Part shown: piece after piece, positions 46,538 to 57,649 of the stretch | How the letters are laid out: the number at the start of each line of letters is the position of its first letter | How positions within the stretch are numbered: the stretch's first letter is position 1 | Source of the DNA: Candidatus Dojkabacteria bacterium HGW-Dojkabacteria-1 | GTDB lineage: Bacteria; Patescibacteriota; Dojkabacteria; SC72 | Direction: 5' to 3' | DNA length: 64,000 nucleotides | Assembly: GCA_002840365.1 (NCBI GenBank) | Contig: PHAO01000001.1 | Span: 524,360 to 588,359, forward strand | Position numbers and translations under genes: made by a program | Notes under the pieces: generated by a model | What the model was told of the DNA's origin: nothing | Seen by the model: only the letters and a program-made list of their open reading frames with translations | The model's database searches: none

Positions 46538-46566
46538 AGACCTTTTACAAGGTCTGTTTTGTTTTA
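46538..46566 (+). terminator. Rho-independent terminator after rpsP
   Basis: The hairpin is AGACCTT-TTAC-AAGGTCT (7-bp stem) and is followed by GTTTTGTTTTA. Confidence 0.6.
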
Positions 46567-46641
46567 TCCACGCTTCTGGTAAAATTCATACTGTAGGAGT
46601 ATAATTTATGTAATCATATTTTAAATTCATAACCCTAAAAA

Positions 46642-46932
46642 ATGAAAGAATTACTAGTACACATCATTAAATCAATAGTTAACTATCCCGATGATGTTTC
46701 TGTAGAAGAGAGAGATAGTGTAGATTTTCCTGGATTAACAATTCTTACAATAGATGTGAACGAATCAGATAAAGGGGTAATAATTGGAAGAAAAGGAAGA
46801 ACTATCAATTCAATAAGAGATATAGTTACCATTAGTGCAATAAGAAATAACAAGAGAGTAAGAGTATTGCTAAAGGATGATAGGGGTGAACATCACTCTG
46901 AAGATGAGGATATGTTAAGAGACGAAATTTAA
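46642..46932 (+). CDS. KH-domain RNA-binding protein (UPF0109/YlqC-like)
   Basis: The KH GxxG motif is 'VIIGRKGRTINSIRDIV'. It is in the conserved position after rpsP. Confidence 0.7.
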   Translation: MKELLVHIIKSIVNYPDDVSVEERDSVDFPGLTILTIDVNESDKGVIIGRKGRTINSIRDIVTISAIRNNKRVRVLLKDDRGEHHSEDEDMLRDEI

Positions 46933-47630
46933 AGATTTTTAGCTTTTTCTTCAAATATATCCAGTATGTCTCGATAATCGGTATATGCCTTAAATGGTTT
47001 GTATATGTTTAAATTCCCTGTTCTATCTGCCATATAATAACCGCTTACTACTAATGATATTGTCCATTGTCCAGTAATAGATTGTGCTACTTCAACATTT
47101 TGTATTCTAATTATATATGGAGAAATACTTTGTACTTCATCAAGGAAGGAAACAACATTACTGTATTCCCCTTGATATGAAATAGGACCAGAGACTCCTG
47201 CTCCACTGTTTTCTGATGGAGAAATCCTTCCTCCCATATCTCCAGCCGAAAGCTCTCTAATGATTAAACTCTTCTCTTTGGCTAAATTATCTACATAGTA
47301 GATGAAATCAGATACCTTAAGTACTTTTGGTATTACACTCTTTGCAAGTACTATATCATCACTTAATTGATTCTCATCTAGTAGGGAAAGCTTTCTATCT
47401 AGTTCGTTTAATTGTTCTATCTTTTGATCTGTTTCTTTAATTTCCTCCTGATAATCTAGTGCTGCATTAACCATTGGAATAAAGACGAAAATTGAGAGTA
47501 GAAGAAGTATTACAGCAACAGAAATAGGTATTATCAAATCATTCAAATTCAATCGCGTTTTTTTCATCTTCTCACTTATTGCTGCAATTTCTTTACTTGT
47601 TTTTTGTGTATTGGTTGCTAATCTAGACAT
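46929..47630 (-). CDS. pilO: Type IV pilus assembly protein PilO-like
   Basis: The architecture is a short cytoplasmic tail, one TM 'LIIPISVAVILLLLSIFVFIPMV', a coiled coil and a periplasmic domain. It is third in the M-N-O order. Confidence 0.5.
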   Translation of the reverse strand: MSRLATNTQKTSKEIAAISEKMKKTRLNLNDLIIPISVAVILLLLSIFVFIPMVNAALDYQEEIKETDQKIEQLNELDRKLSLLDENQLSDDIVLAKSVIPKVLKVSDFIYYVDNLAKEKSLIIRELSAGDMGGRISPSENSGAGVSGPISYQGEYSNVVSFLDEVQSISPYIIRIQNVEVAQSITGQWTISLVVSGYYMADRTGNLNIYKPFKAYTDYRDILDIFEEKAKNL

Positions 47631-47632
47631 AT

Positions 47633-48286
47633 CTATTTATTAAAAAAATTTTTACCATTTAATTTCCCTTCAAAAGAAAAAGTTACCCTGTTATCACCTT
47701 TTCCAACAGATTGTAAATTAATTCTTTCAATATTTTCATCTGTTCCTAGTAAATACCATAACTTAGAAACCTGTTCTAAGCTTACTGAATATCCAGAATA
47801 TGTGAAATCTAGATTTTCAGATATCATTACACTTCTCATTTGTATATCACCAATCTTTGTACCCATTCTGCTCAAAAATTCAATTATCTCTTTGTGAGAG
47901 AAAGCACCATTTCTTACATTAGTATAGAGAACTGCCCTATCTACAATTTCATCATTTGATATTAAAGTATCTTCTTGTTGAGTTATCTTATTCTCTATCC
48001 TAAAAAGTTCTGCTTTTTTTACATTTAGGATCTGTCTAGAGATAATATTGAAACCAACAATTACCAAAATTACAACAACAAGGATAATTAGACTTACAAC
48101 AGAACCTATACTTACTCTGCTCTTTGTCTTCTCAACAACTTTTTCCTCTTCAGACATTGAAGGTATTAGATTGAACCCTTCACTTATATCAGGTTGTGGG
48201 GAGGGTGGTGGTGGAGGAGTAGTCGGAGTTGGTACTACTTTTACTTCCTCTTTTGCTACTTGTGGCTGTGTCGTTTCGTTATTCAT
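47633..48286 (-). CDS. pilN: Type IV pilus assembly protein PilN-like with a Pro-rich N-terminus
   Basis: A single TM 'VVSLIILVVVILVIVGFNII' is followed by a coiled coil. The gene lies between the pilM-like and pilO-like genes. Confidence 0.5.
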   Translation of the reverse strand: MNNETTQPQVAKEEVKVVPTPTTPPPPPSPQPDISEGFNLIPSMSEEEKVVEKTKSRVSIGSVVSLIILVVVILVIVGFNIISRQILNVKKAELFRIENKITQQEDTLISNDEIVDRAVLYTNVRNGAFSHKEIIEFLSRMGTKIGDIQMRSVMISENLDFTYSGYSVSLEQVSKLWYLLGTDENIERINLQSVGKGDNRVTFSFEGKLNGKNFFNK

Positions 48287-49307
48287 CTTTTAGTGCTAAA
48301 CCTATTGCAACAGAGTAGGATGGTCCTCCCTTGGCAATAATGTCTTTAAACTTATTATCAACAGTTATACCTGTCCAAGGATTAGCTATTTGTGCATTCA
48401 CACCTAAATATTTTGAGACAAACTCTCCCAAACCTGGGAGTAGAGCACCATCACCATTTAATAGGTAGTCTGATGGAGATGCACTTGCAGTTTTGTTTTT
48501 ATAAAACTCTATACCTCTTTGTACCTCCATTAATATAGATTCAACAATCGGAGAGAGAGCTCCATAAATTTTTCCTTCCAATACATTTGGTACTAGACCA
48601 TAGTTTCTCTTAAATTCTTCAGCACGACTATATTCAAAACTGAATTTGTTAACAATAGCCTGTGTTAGAGAGTCTGAACCAATGGCAATACTTTGTGAGA
48701 ATACAAGATATCCATTAGACATAATACTCATGTCTGTACTGTTTGCCCCAAAGTCTAACATAACTAAGTCTCTCTTTTGGGTAGCCTTAAACATTGCTCT
48801 TCCCATAGCGACTGACTCTGTTTCGATAGCTATTAAATCTAAATCTGCTAAGTTTGCTATTTCTGTATATATTGAAATAATCTTTTTTGGAGCAGCAACA
48901 AGTAATACTCTAGGTGCGTTCTTTTCTTCATTAAAGCCTATTGTAACAAAACTCATATGTACATCGTTAATAGACATAGGGATATACTGCTTTGCTTCAA
49001 AGAATACTGCATCTTTAAGTTCCTCTTTTTTTACTCCAGGGAATTCTAAGAATCTAGTGAAAACAGAAAACTCTGGTAGAGCCATCACAACATTCCTATT
49101 CTTTATCTTAGAATCATCGTAAAGTTTCTTTAGCACATCAGCAAGTTTCTTCTGATCTTGCTTTTCTTCACTATTAATTACTCCTTTAGGAGTAAGTTGG
49201 CTTCCTAAGTTGATTAATTCAGGAGTAGAGCTAACGTTTTTTAATTCAACAGCTTTTACTGAATGTGTACCGAAGTCTATTCCTACATGGTCAGGCAGTT
49301 TAGCCAT
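48279..49307 (-). CDS. pilM: Type IV pilus assembly ATPase-fold protein PilM (actin-like)
   Basis: The N-terminus 'VGIDFGTHSVKAVEL' is PilM/FtsA-like. The protein is 342 aa. It overlaps pilN by 8 nt. Confidence 0.7.
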   Translation of the reverse strand: MAKLPDHVGIDFGTHSVKAVELKNVSSTPELINLGSQLTPKGVINSEEKQDQKKLADVLKKLYDDSKIKNRNVVMALPEFSVFTRFLEFPGVKKEELKDAVFFEAKQYIPMSINDVHMSFVTIGFNEEKNAPRVLLVAAPKKIISIYTEIANLADLDLIAIETESVAMGRAMFKATQKRDLVMLDFGANSTDMSIMSNGYLVFSQSIAIGSDSLTQAIVNKFSFEYSRAEEFKRNYGLVPNVLEGKIYGALSPIVESILMEVQRGIEFYKNKTASASPSDYLLNGDGALLPGLGEFVSKYLGVNAQIANPWTGITVDNKFKDIIAKGGPSYSVAIGLALKDE

Positions 49308-49351
49308 ATTCTTTGGACGGTTAAATTATGACTACTTTATAATATCAGAAT

Positions 49352-52300
49352 CTAGTAAGGTTTGAAACCTAATTCTGTCTTTAGTATATCAACCTGACTT
49401 CCAAATACAAGATTACTTAGTACTGAATATTTGGAGTGGTATTTTACTACTAAAGCAGGATATATGTTTCTATCTACTAGTTTTAAGCTTCTGTTCATTT
49501 GTAAACCTCCAAGAGAGTGTAATCCTCCTTCTACAAAAAGTCCATCATACTTTGGAGAGAGACCCAGTTCTGGATCAATTGTAATATGGCCATCGGCTAA
49601 TATATATGATCTTACTTGATCATATTGTAATTGTCCTGCTGTGGATGCTTTTGCCCCTTCTTTTATGTTTACATTTCCACTTACTACAAATATACATGCA
49701 TCTTTGTTAGCATTCGATGTTCTAATTTCCCTATGTATTGTTAAATCACCATCTATGAAGAATACTCCCCAACCATCACATACAAAATTACTAATATTTC
49801 CTACTTGAAAATCCCCAGAATGCTTTAGAATACAGACGCTTGAGCTTAAATTGCAACCACCAATATTTCTTAAACTACCATTTAAGCTTGTTACTTGTGG
49901 AAGGGCCTTCGTCATATCCACTTTTCCTTCTATTTCCCTATCATTGTATGCTTTTCTTAGTTCTTCATACAGACTCTTAATATTAGTGTTCATACTAAAT
50001 GGACGCATATGGAAAGATTTGAGTAATACACTTGTATTAAGTGCAGAAGGGTTAGTTCCTCCAACGTTATCACCAAATACTTCAGTAGAGACATCCGCAT
50101 GCAATGGATTCATTCCTGCAAGAACAGGCACGGCATTCCATGCTGTAGGACTTCCAATTACTTTCATTTCATAGTCTCGACCATTGGAAGAGTAGGCTAA
50201 ACCTCCGTGTGTTATTATCCAATCCCCAAGAGAGAAGGTAAGACTTCTAATATGCATATTTCCCGCCTTATCAAAAACAGTTAAGTATACAATTAGGCTT
50301 CCTTCTTTGTTTTCTCCAATATTAATATCAACACTTCCACTATATGTTGTTCCACCAACATTTAATTTCCTAAATGCATATCCTGTGTTTAATTTTCCTA
50401 AATTAGTATCATCCGTTATTAAGTTGAAAGGTGAATTAATTTCTAACCCTGTACCTGTCATAGTGATTGCAGGTGGGTTAGGTGGCATTGTAATAGAGGC
50501 ATATATATTTCCTACAATAGCATATATTTCCTTTGTATCAGCGACAGTCCAACTAAGTCTTAGGTTTGTATCCCCAATTACAGTCATATTAAGAGTTCCT
50601 ACTTCTGGCAATCCTTTATCTATAGTCCATGGATATCCTGTTGTAGCCCACTGCCTTGCATACAGCTGAGCAACTGTAGGAGTAGTTCTGTATCTTAATT
50701 GACCTGGTGACCAGTAATCACCAATTTTAGAGTTAATATCTGGATATGCAGTATAGTTGTCATATGGTGTAAAACTAAATATGTCATTACCCATGAGGAA
50801 AGTGTTGTATGTTACCTGTGCTACATTCTCATAACCACTTGCGAAGTTGAAACTTAACTGGAATGGCATTACGACATTATTTCCCGACCTAGTAATACTT
50901 GCTTGTAGGTTATGCCCTATGGTTACTCTAACCATTTGTAAGCCTCCAGGACCAGAAATTACAAATGAATTACTTGAAAATACTGCTCTTACCCATTTTG
51001 CCGTTGCTCCTGTATAGCTTGGTACATATGGTCTCCATGCAGAGCTTTCCCATCTCATCATAAAGCCCCAGCTATTAGCACTTGGTGCTTGAGGAGGTTG
51101 AGAAGGATTGGTTGCAGTATCTATCCATAGGGGAGTTGCAACCTCTCCAGTAAGAGTATTTTCTCTAAACCATACAGAGACAGCTTCAATATCTGTTGCA
51201 CCATTTACGTCAGTATATGTTGCAGTCATACGAATTGGATCGTTTAAGTTGTAAAGCGTAGTTCTAGTACCTGAGTGCGTACTACTAGAGAATCCATATG
51301 TATTTTCTGCATCAGGATGTACCTGCAAGCTTGTTGTTGGCTGTGGACTGATAGGTTCATAACAGGAACGATAGTTGGGAGGACCACCACAAGGTGATGT
51401 TCTTGTACATGAAGTAAAGTTTGAAAGTATCATATTAGGATTACCCGGTGAAGTTGCAGTAAGTGGAGATGGACAGCTTGGAGGAGTACAGTTAGAACAT
51501 CTATCTACATAACAGGTTCTCGTTCCTGTAACACCACACGCATTATTACATGCTAAGGTAACCGAACCAAATCCGTAATTTGTATCACTGTATGTAGGTG
51601 TACAGCTTGGTACACAAGGATTTGCACAGTAACAAGTCCTACTTTCAGAGCCACACTGTGAAGGGCTATTGCTACATGTATATACCTGTGTTCCGTATCC
51701 TGTTGGAGTACTAGTATATGTCGGACCTACACAAGCAGTCGGAGTACAAAGAGGAGTACAGTGATCTTGGTAGAAGACACATGGTACTTCAGGCAAAGAC
51801 CATGGACGATCATTTAAGGCATAGTACGCATTTATCTGCAAACTTTTTACTCTTTGGCCTCCCCAGTTTGCATCATTTACAAAGATAGTATTTGCTGGGA
51901 AAGTAGTAGTATCTGTAGTCCTAGTTGTAGCATATGTATTTACTCTTACAAGTTGATATGAACCACTCGGACATGTTCCTTGGTTTGTTGCCCATCCTGC
52001 GATATACAGTGTTGAACAAACAATAGCATTTCCGTTATCCCTATTATAAAAGTTATATGCAAATTGATTTACTGGAGTATTAGAAGTAGATGTAATGGTT
52101 GCAGACTCTCCACTCTTCAGATATCTTTTAGAGGTAGTAGCACTTGAACAGTAATTTTGTCTTTGATAGTAACAGGTAAGATAGTTATGGCTTGGGCTAC
52201 ACCCATCTCCTCTGTAACAACTAGCAGTTGTTGAATATCCAGTATTGGGAGATGTTGCAGTACCAGAAGGACATGTAGGAGTACAATCATTACATGATGG

Positions 52301-52633
52301 TGGAGGAGGAGTAGTTTCTCTTTGACAACATCCGTGATTTATACGTAAACGGGTCCCATCACAGTTAAAACCTGACCAGGTATTAACATAGTCTTCCCTA
52401 CAGTTATTGTTCTGACCATTACATGAATATCCGCTTAACCATCTACAGGTACCATTACTTCCAGTAGTACCTCTTTCAGAAGGAGAAAAATTTACATTAT
52501 TATTACTACAGTAGTATCCTGATGCACAAATTATTGCATTAACATCTTCTTTCCCATAATCAAGAAAAAATAGACTTAAAAAAGGTGTTAACAGAAGAAA
52601 GAAAAGTTTTAAATATTTAAAATTTTTACTCAC
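49352..52633 (-). CDS. Giant secreted Cys-rich protein (1093 aa), paralog of 53671..55962. It may be a pilus-associated adhesin or tip protein.
   Basis: It has a signal peptide. The N-terminal 400 aa are Cys-, Thr-, Ser- and Pro-rich. The central and C-terminal 600 aa are shared with the paralog ('PIRMTATYTDVNGATDIEAV', 'DACIFVVSGNVNIK', C-terminal '...ELGFKPY'). Confidence 0.5.
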   Translation of the reverse strand: MSKNFKYLKLFFLLLTPFLSLFFLDYGKEDVNAIICASGYYCSNNNVNFSPSERGTTGSNGTCRWLSGYSCNGQNNNCREDYVNTWSGFNCDGTRLRINHGCCQRETTPPPPSCNDCTPTCPSGTATSPNTGYSTTASCYRGDGCSPSHNYLTCYYQRQNYCSSATTSKRYLKSGESATITSTSNTPVNQFAYNFYNRDNGNAIVCSTLYIAGWATNQGTCPSGSYQLVRVNTYATTRTTDTTTFPANTIFVNDANWGGQRVKSLQINAYYALNDRPWSLPEVPCVFYQDHCTPLCTPTACVGPTYTSTPTGYGTQVYTCSNSPSQCGSESRTCYCANPCVPSCTPTYSDTNYGFGSVTLACNNACGVTGTRTCYVDRCSNCTPPSCPSPLTATSPGNPNMILSNFTSCTRTSPCGGPPNYRSCYEPISPQPTTSLQVHPDAENTYGFSSSTHSGTRTTLYNLNDPIRMTATYTDVNGATDIEAVSVWFRENTLTGEVATPLWIDTATNPSQPPQAPSANSWGFMMRWESSAWRPYVPSYTGATAKWVRAVFSSNSFVISGPGGLQMVRVTIGHNLQASITRSGNNVVMPFQLSFNFASGYENVAQVTYNTFLMGNDIFSFTPYDNYTAYPDINSKIGDYWSPGQLRYRTTPTVAQLYARQWATTGYPWTIDKGLPEVGTLNMTVIGDTNLRLSWTVADTKEIYAIVGNIYASITMPPNPPAITMTGTGLEINSPFNLITDDTNLGKLNTGYAFRKLNVGGTTYSGSVDINIGENKEGSLIVYLTVFDKAGNMHIRSLTFSLGDWIITHGGLAYSSNGRDYEMKVIGSPTAWNAVPVLAGMNPLHADVSTEVFGDNVGGTNPSALNTSVLLKSFHMRPFSMNTNIKSLYEELRKAYNDREIEGKVDMTKALPQVTSLNGSLRNIGGCNLSSSVCILKHSGDFQVGNISNFVCDGWGVFFIDGDLTIHREIRTSNANKDACIFVVSGNVNIKEGAKASTAGQLQYDQVRSYILADGHITIDPELGLSPKYDGLFVEGGLHSLGGLQMNRSLKLVDRNIYPALVVKYHSKYSVLSNLVFGSQVDILKTELGFKPY

Positions 52634-53658
52634 GGTCTTAACATCAAAAATGCAAATATTAGTTTATCAAAATTAACAACACCATCTTCTGAGCTTTTTC
52701 TTACATCTTCAATATATTTATCTATATCTTTTACTTTAAATTCACTGATATTTCTAGTTTCAGCTATTGTACACAGTGCTATAGAATCGAAATCTGTTTC
52801 CTCTTTACTACAATATTCTAAAATATCAGCATTTGTAATATTGCTTTTTTCATCTAAATAAAAGAACATTACCTGTGTAATGCCATCCATGTCATAATCT
52901 TTAAAGTTCGATAAAGAAAGTTCCCTTGTACTCCTATCCATTTCTTTTTCATAAGATAATTTTTGTGCAGAAAGAGTAGTTAAAAATTCCTCTCTATTTA
53001 TGTTAAGTTTAAGATCAAATACCATTTCAGACTCTTCAATCTTTGCATCCATAATCTCGCCTAAGTAAAAGAATACTCTTTTAACTGTTTTTCCATCAGC
53101 AATAATTAAATCATTTGCAGGATAATATCCTGCTTTTTTCACTTCCTCTAGAGCGTTTCTCCTTATGTTCATTTGAGGAGCACCATTAGGATATACCTTA
53201 TCTAATAGTTCAAATATTTCTTCATCCATAAGTAGGCTTAATTCAAATTTTTGAAGGTTATATTCACCAAACAGGATTCTTGTATAATAAAAGTTCAATT
53301 CTATGGGTACCATTTGCTCTGTAATCATTTCCTCCCTATCAAACTCTACAACTCCTTTTTCTTCACAAATAGTAATTGGTTGTAATTTGTAATCTTTATC
53401 AACTAAAGCCATGAAAAAACATTCTGTATTCTCCTCTCTCTCCTCATATCTTTCTAAAAGCGCACTACATTTGAAAGAGATTTTCCCAAATGAATTTGTT
53501 TGTTCACAATTTTCTGCAATATCTTGGAATTTATTCAAAGAGAAAGAACCATTAACTTGGTTATATCTTTCAGAAAAGAAAAATACTGAAAAAACAATTA
53601 CTAGTAGTAATATTATTCCAGGAACTATTAAATTACTCTTCTTTATTTTAATTTTCAT
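52630..53658 (-). CDS. Hypothetical membrane-anchored protein (342 aa)
   Basis: An N-terminal TM 'LIVPGIILLLVIVFSVFFF' is present. It overlaps the downstream giant gene by 4 nt. Confidence 0.4.
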   Translation of the reverse strand: MKIKIKKSNLIVPGIILLLVIVFSVFFFSERYNQVNGSFSLNKFQDIAENCEQTNSFGKISFKCSALLERYEEREENTECFFMALVDKDYKLQPITICEEKGVVEFDREEMITEQMVPIELNFYYTRILFGEYNLQKFELSLLMDEEIFELLDKVYPNGAPQMNIRRNALEEVKKAGYYPANDLIIADGKTVKRVFFYLGEIMDAKIEESEMVFDLKLNINREEFLTTLSAQKLSYEKEMDRSTRELSLSNFKDYDMDGITQVMFFYLDEKSNITNADILEYCSKEETDFDSIALCTIAETRNISEFKVKDIDKYIEDVRKSSEDGVVNFDKLIFAFLMLRP

Positions 53659-53670
53659 TCTTTTTAGTTA

Positions 53671-55962
53671 TTAAAATGGCTTAAATCCTACTTCTACCTT
53701 TACCATGTCTATTGGATTCCCTATCAGTGTACTACTAAAGATTCCATATTTGGAATGATGATTTACTACAAGTAGTGGGTGAGTATTTCTATAATTAAGA
53801 CCTAAATATCTATCAACAAATATTCCACCAAGACTTTGGATTCCACCACTTACATACAATCCGTCAAATGTAGGATCAGTATTTAAAGTTACACTACCAT
53901 TAGTCAGTATATATGCATTAATTTCATCATATCCTACAGAACCACCAGAGGAATTTGCCCCTGGATTGATTACAACATTGCCTGCTACTACAAATATACA
54001 TGCATCATGATTGTAGTTACTATTGAGTATCTTATTGTTTACAACCAAATTTCCAGATACAAAGAAAAGACCCTTACCATTACATACAAATGGATTAGCA
54101 TCACCAACTGTCAAATTACCACTCCTATCCAATACTTTTATTCCTCCTGCTCCCAAACTACCTGTAAGTGTTGAAGTGTTTGGGTTTAATCTCTGTACAC
54201 CAGAGATTCCTACTTCTCTTCTCTCGAATGTATTCTTTACATCAGAGTAAAAATCCACCGTTCTGTATGCTTTAAAAGGACTTACACTAAATGATTTTGT
54301 AGTATTACTCTTTGTAAGAACTGTAGGGTTACTTAAACCGGTTCCATACAGTTCGGTAGAGAGGTCTGCCATAGCAGGACTTATCTTGTTCAACAATGCT
54401 ACTGGGTTCCACAGGGCAGGATCTTCTACATTTTTAACTGCAAAATCTACTCCTGTTGAAGAGTACATTAGCCCTCCATATGTGATAATCCAACCTTCAA
54501 GGTTGTAAAGAGAGTAGGACTGATTGTAGTTACATGCATTGTCAAAGGCTGTAACATAGTAGAGTAAGCTTCCTTCTCTGTTTCCACCTACATTCATTTC
54601 TAAGCTACCATTCTTTGAGACTCCTCCAACATTCACAGCTCTAGCTATATACCCATTAGACATGTGTCCAATTGTGCTATTACCCTGTGGCTGAGGTAAG
54701 TAGGGAGTTACAACTGTTTTGTTACCATCACTTGTAAGAACTACCTGAGTAATGTTTTCTGATTCTGTTACTCCATCAGATAGATAGGTATTTCCTACCA
54801 ATCCAAATATTCCTAGCAAATCACCAATATTCCATGAGAACTTAATCTTTGTTGGACCTGTTACCTCTGAATTGACAGCATTAACAACAGGTGGGGTAAA
54901 ATCTTTAACCCAATCCCTGTTACTGTCTGTCCAGTTTTGATAGAAACGAATCTGTTCAGGGTTGAAGTAATCACCGATTTTAGTTACTCCTGGACCATAG
55001 TTATCGTATGGTGTAAATCCAAAGACGTCATTTGCCATTACAAATATATTGTAACTACCTTCGATAACTCTGTTTACTTCAGAAATATTTCTAAAATCTA
55101 AGTTAAAATCAAAGTTCACACTGTTTCCTGCTTCTGACACTCCATTAACTTGTACAAATACCATATCTTGAGAACTAGGACCTTTAATTGCGAATCGTCC
55201 TCCACCATATGTAGCCTTTATCCACTTATCATTTCCACCACCAACTAAACTAGGAATATATGGTACCCAATTAGCACCTTCTCGATGCATCATAAAGCCA
55301 TAGCTATTTCTTGTATACGTTCTTCCAGTTTGACCAGATGAACTATCTAAATCGATGTATTGTGGAGTGTTAGGAATAGCTCCATCAATTTTTAACCAAA
55401 TATATATTGCCTCAATATCACTTGAACCATCAGGATCTGTATGAGTACTAACCATTCTAATAGGGTTGTTTACTTCAATACCTGTGTGAGTAGAAGATGT
55501 ACATCCTAGTTGGGTAGGGTTTCCTGTTGGAAATATCTGAATTGATGAAGTTGGTTGTGGGCTAGGGGTTTCATAGCAATCTCCATACTTCCAACCATCA
55601 TCACAGTATTGCCCATTTTGACAGCTTCTGTAATTAGACAATCTGTAGGCTGGGTCTCCAGTATTAGTAAGAGGAGCAGGGCAATTACCAAGTGTACACT
55701 CTTCACAAGGAGGATCATCAGGTACACAGTTTGGACATGGGATAAGACCTTCACATCCAGACGCGATTGCATCCCCTAACGAACAGCAGTTATTTCCACC
55801 TCCACCAGAGTAACAACATCCATTCCATAGGGTACCACTCCATTGAGAAGATGGTGAACAGCAGCCATTCCATGCTTCAACATTCTTTGCAAAAAAGACC
55901 ACACTAAATACAGTTATCAATGAAAAGACTAATATTTTAAAGTAAATACTCCCTTTATTCAT
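53671..55962 (-). CDS. Giant secreted Cys-rich protein (763 aa), paralog of 49352..52633
   Basis: A signal peptide and an N-terminal Cys-rich region are present. It shares central blocks 'PIRMVSTHTDPDGSSDIEAI' and 'DACIFVVAGNVVINPG' with the paralog. The C-terminus is '...EVGFKPF'. Confidence 0.5.
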   Translation of the reverse strand: MNKGSIYFKILVFSLITVFSVVFFAKNVEAWNGCCSPSSQWSGTLWNGCCYSGGGGNNCCSLGDAIASGCEGLIPCPNCVPDDPPCEECTLGNCPAPLTNTGDPAYRLSNYRSCQNGQYCDDGWKYGDCYETPSPQPTSSIQIFPTGNPTQLGCTSSTHTGIEVNNPIRMVSTHTDPDGSSDIEAIYIWLKIDGAIPNTPQYIDLDSSSGQTGRTYTRNSYGFMMHREGANWVPYIPSLVGGGNDKWIKATYGGGRFAIKGPSSQDMVFVQVNGVSEAGNSVNFDFNLDFRNISEVNRVIEGSYNIFVMANDVFGFTPYDNYGPGVTKIGDYFNPEQIRFYQNWTDSNRDWVKDFTPPVVNAVNSEVTGPTKIKFSWNIGDLLGIFGLVGNTYLSDGVTESENITQVVLTSDGNKTVVTPYLPQPQGNSTIGHMSNGYIARAVNVGGVSKNGSLEMNVGGNREGSLLYYVTAFDNACNYNQSYSLYNLEGWIITYGGLMYSSTGVDFAVKNVEDPALWNPVALLNKISPAMADLSTELYGTGLSNPTVLTKSNTTKSFSVSPFKAYRTVDFYSDVKNTFERREVGISGVQRLNPNTSTLTGSLGAGGIKVLDRSGNLTVGDANPFVCNGKGLFFVSGNLVVNNKILNSNYNHDACIFVVAGNVVINPGANSSGGSVGYDEINAYILTNGSVTLNTDPTFDGLYVSGGIQSLGGIFVDRYLGLNYRNTHPLLVVNHHSKYGIFSSTLIGNPIDMVKVEVGFKPF

Positions 55963-57619
55963 TCGAGAACTTCTTTAGTAAATTTATAAAGTGGTAGGAA
56001 TCAGATATATTTGCAGAATGAGTTGTATATTCTTCCTGTGTATCAATGATTGTAAAATATCCATATTCACTTAGCTTTTGTAAAGACTTTGGATTGTTGT
56101 TACTAAATGGTGAGAATCTCCAATTTTCATAGGTTACAATTTTACTGGAACCAGGACTCTCAAAGTAATGCCTATAAAAGATATCTGCCAAAAGATTTTT
56201 TGCTTCATTAGTTCTGTACCCAAGAAGAGATTCTGCACATATGAGTTTCTCAGCCATAGTTACTTCACAATATGGATTTGATGGGTCTGTATCACATATG
56301 CTAGGTATTTTTTGAATTTCAGGATAAAGAAGCTCCATGTCTGATAGAAGAGAATCATTTGGATATTCAGAATATATATCCTTGGCAGATCTCATTTGAT
56401 AGCACTGAGGTAATATTCCACCTTTTTCTGCAAGAATTACCTTTCCTTTTTGGTAATAAGAGAGGATTTCTGTATCCGTAAATCTTGTATCGTTTGATTC
56501 CATTAAATCCGCAATTTTGTTAAATTCAATCATTTCTGATGATATCCCAAAAAGATACCCCCTTAATATGGAGTTTTTTGTGTATCCTGAAAAGGTGTTA
56601 GCAGTAGAATCATATTTCTGTATACCCTTATTTAATGTTTGTTTACAATATTCATAGGCATGATTTTTTACACTAATACATTCGTTTGTATTACACTCTT
56701 TGAGATTTGATATTGTATATGAAGCGACTTTACAATTCTGAAAATATGCTTCTCCATAGTTGTCACCAGAGATATAGTTTGAAATATTTCCAATATACTC
56801 AGGGATATCTATTACCTGAGAATCATAAATTGCAGAAACTCCAGAGAGTAGAGTAAATACCACTGGAAGATTCATTTGTGATTCTTGAGCATTGGTAACA
56901 AAGTTTGATGCAAAGCTAAATGTTCCATCACTTCTTGATATTTGACCTGAGATGAATCTAAAGCTTGTTGGATTGAAGTATCCAAAATCATCCGTCATAA
57001 AGAAGTAGGTTAATTTGTTAATCAATTCTTCTTTATCAAAGCCTTCAAAATATTCAACTTTCTCAGATACTTCCGTAGATGGAATTTCCATTGTCCAAAG
57101 ATATACATTCCTGTTTACTTCACAATTTCCTCTACCACATGATAAATCTAACTTAAACATATCTGAATATATCTTCTTTACTGTACATACAGAATATTCG
57201 GTAAAATACCTTATATTCTGAGGTATATTGTATTCAAGTTTTAATATTGCAGAAGTGCCACTTTCGATTTCGTTAAGGGCAACTCTTCCTTCATACTTAC
57301 CCTTAGGTAAAGAGTATTCGAAAGAATCTGTATTACCACTTACAGAAAAAGCTGGGAATAGAGTCATTACCATTGAATCTCCTGTCTCACGTATATTTTC
57401 AACCCTAATGGGGAAGGAGTATATTATCTTGTTACCATCTCTTTCAGGAAAATCATTTCTAACATTGTTTGCTAAAATATCCTCTTCTAGATTAACAAAC
57501 ATTGTCAAATGACTCCCATTTGATGTTTTCATAAGGTAGAAGGTGTATGACAAAAAGCCGATAAAGAATACAAGTATTACAATTGGTATAGTTATCAATA
57601 TTTTCTTTAAGGCAGTCAT
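55955..57619 (-). CDS. Hypothetical membrane-anchored extracellular protein (554 aa)
   Basis: An N-terminal TM 'ILITIPIVILVFFIGFLSYTFYL' is present. It overlaps the downstream gene by 8 nt. Confidence 0.4.
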   Translation of the reverse strand: MTALKKILITIPIVILVFFIGFLSYTFYLMKTSNGSHLTMFVNLEEDILANNVRNDFPERDGNKIIYSFPIRVENIRETGDSMVMTLFPAFSVSGNTDSFEYSLPKGKYEGRVALNEIESGTSAILKLEYNIPQNIRYFTEYSVCTVKKIYSDMFKLDLSCGRGNCEVNRNVYLWTMEIPSTEVSEKVEYFEGFDKEELINKLTYFFMTDDFGYFNPTSFRFISGQISRSDGTFSFASNFVTNAQESQMNLPVVFTLLSGVSAIYDSQVIDIPEYIGNISNYISGDNYGEAYFQNCKVASYTISNLKECNTNECISVKNHAYEYCKQTLNKGIQKYDSTANTFSGYTKNSILRGYLFGISSEMIEFNKIADLMESNDTRFTDTEILSYYQKGKVILAEKGGILPQCYQMRSAKDIYSEYPNDSLLSDMELLYPEIQKIPSICDTDPSNPYCEVTMAEKLICAESLLGYRTNEAKNLLADIFYRHYFESPGSSKIVTYENWRFSPFSNNNPKSLQKLSEYGYFTIIDTQEEYTTHSANISDSYHFINLLKKFSNE

Positions 57620-57649
57620 TTAAATATTCTGTTTGAAGTTACTGTTTTC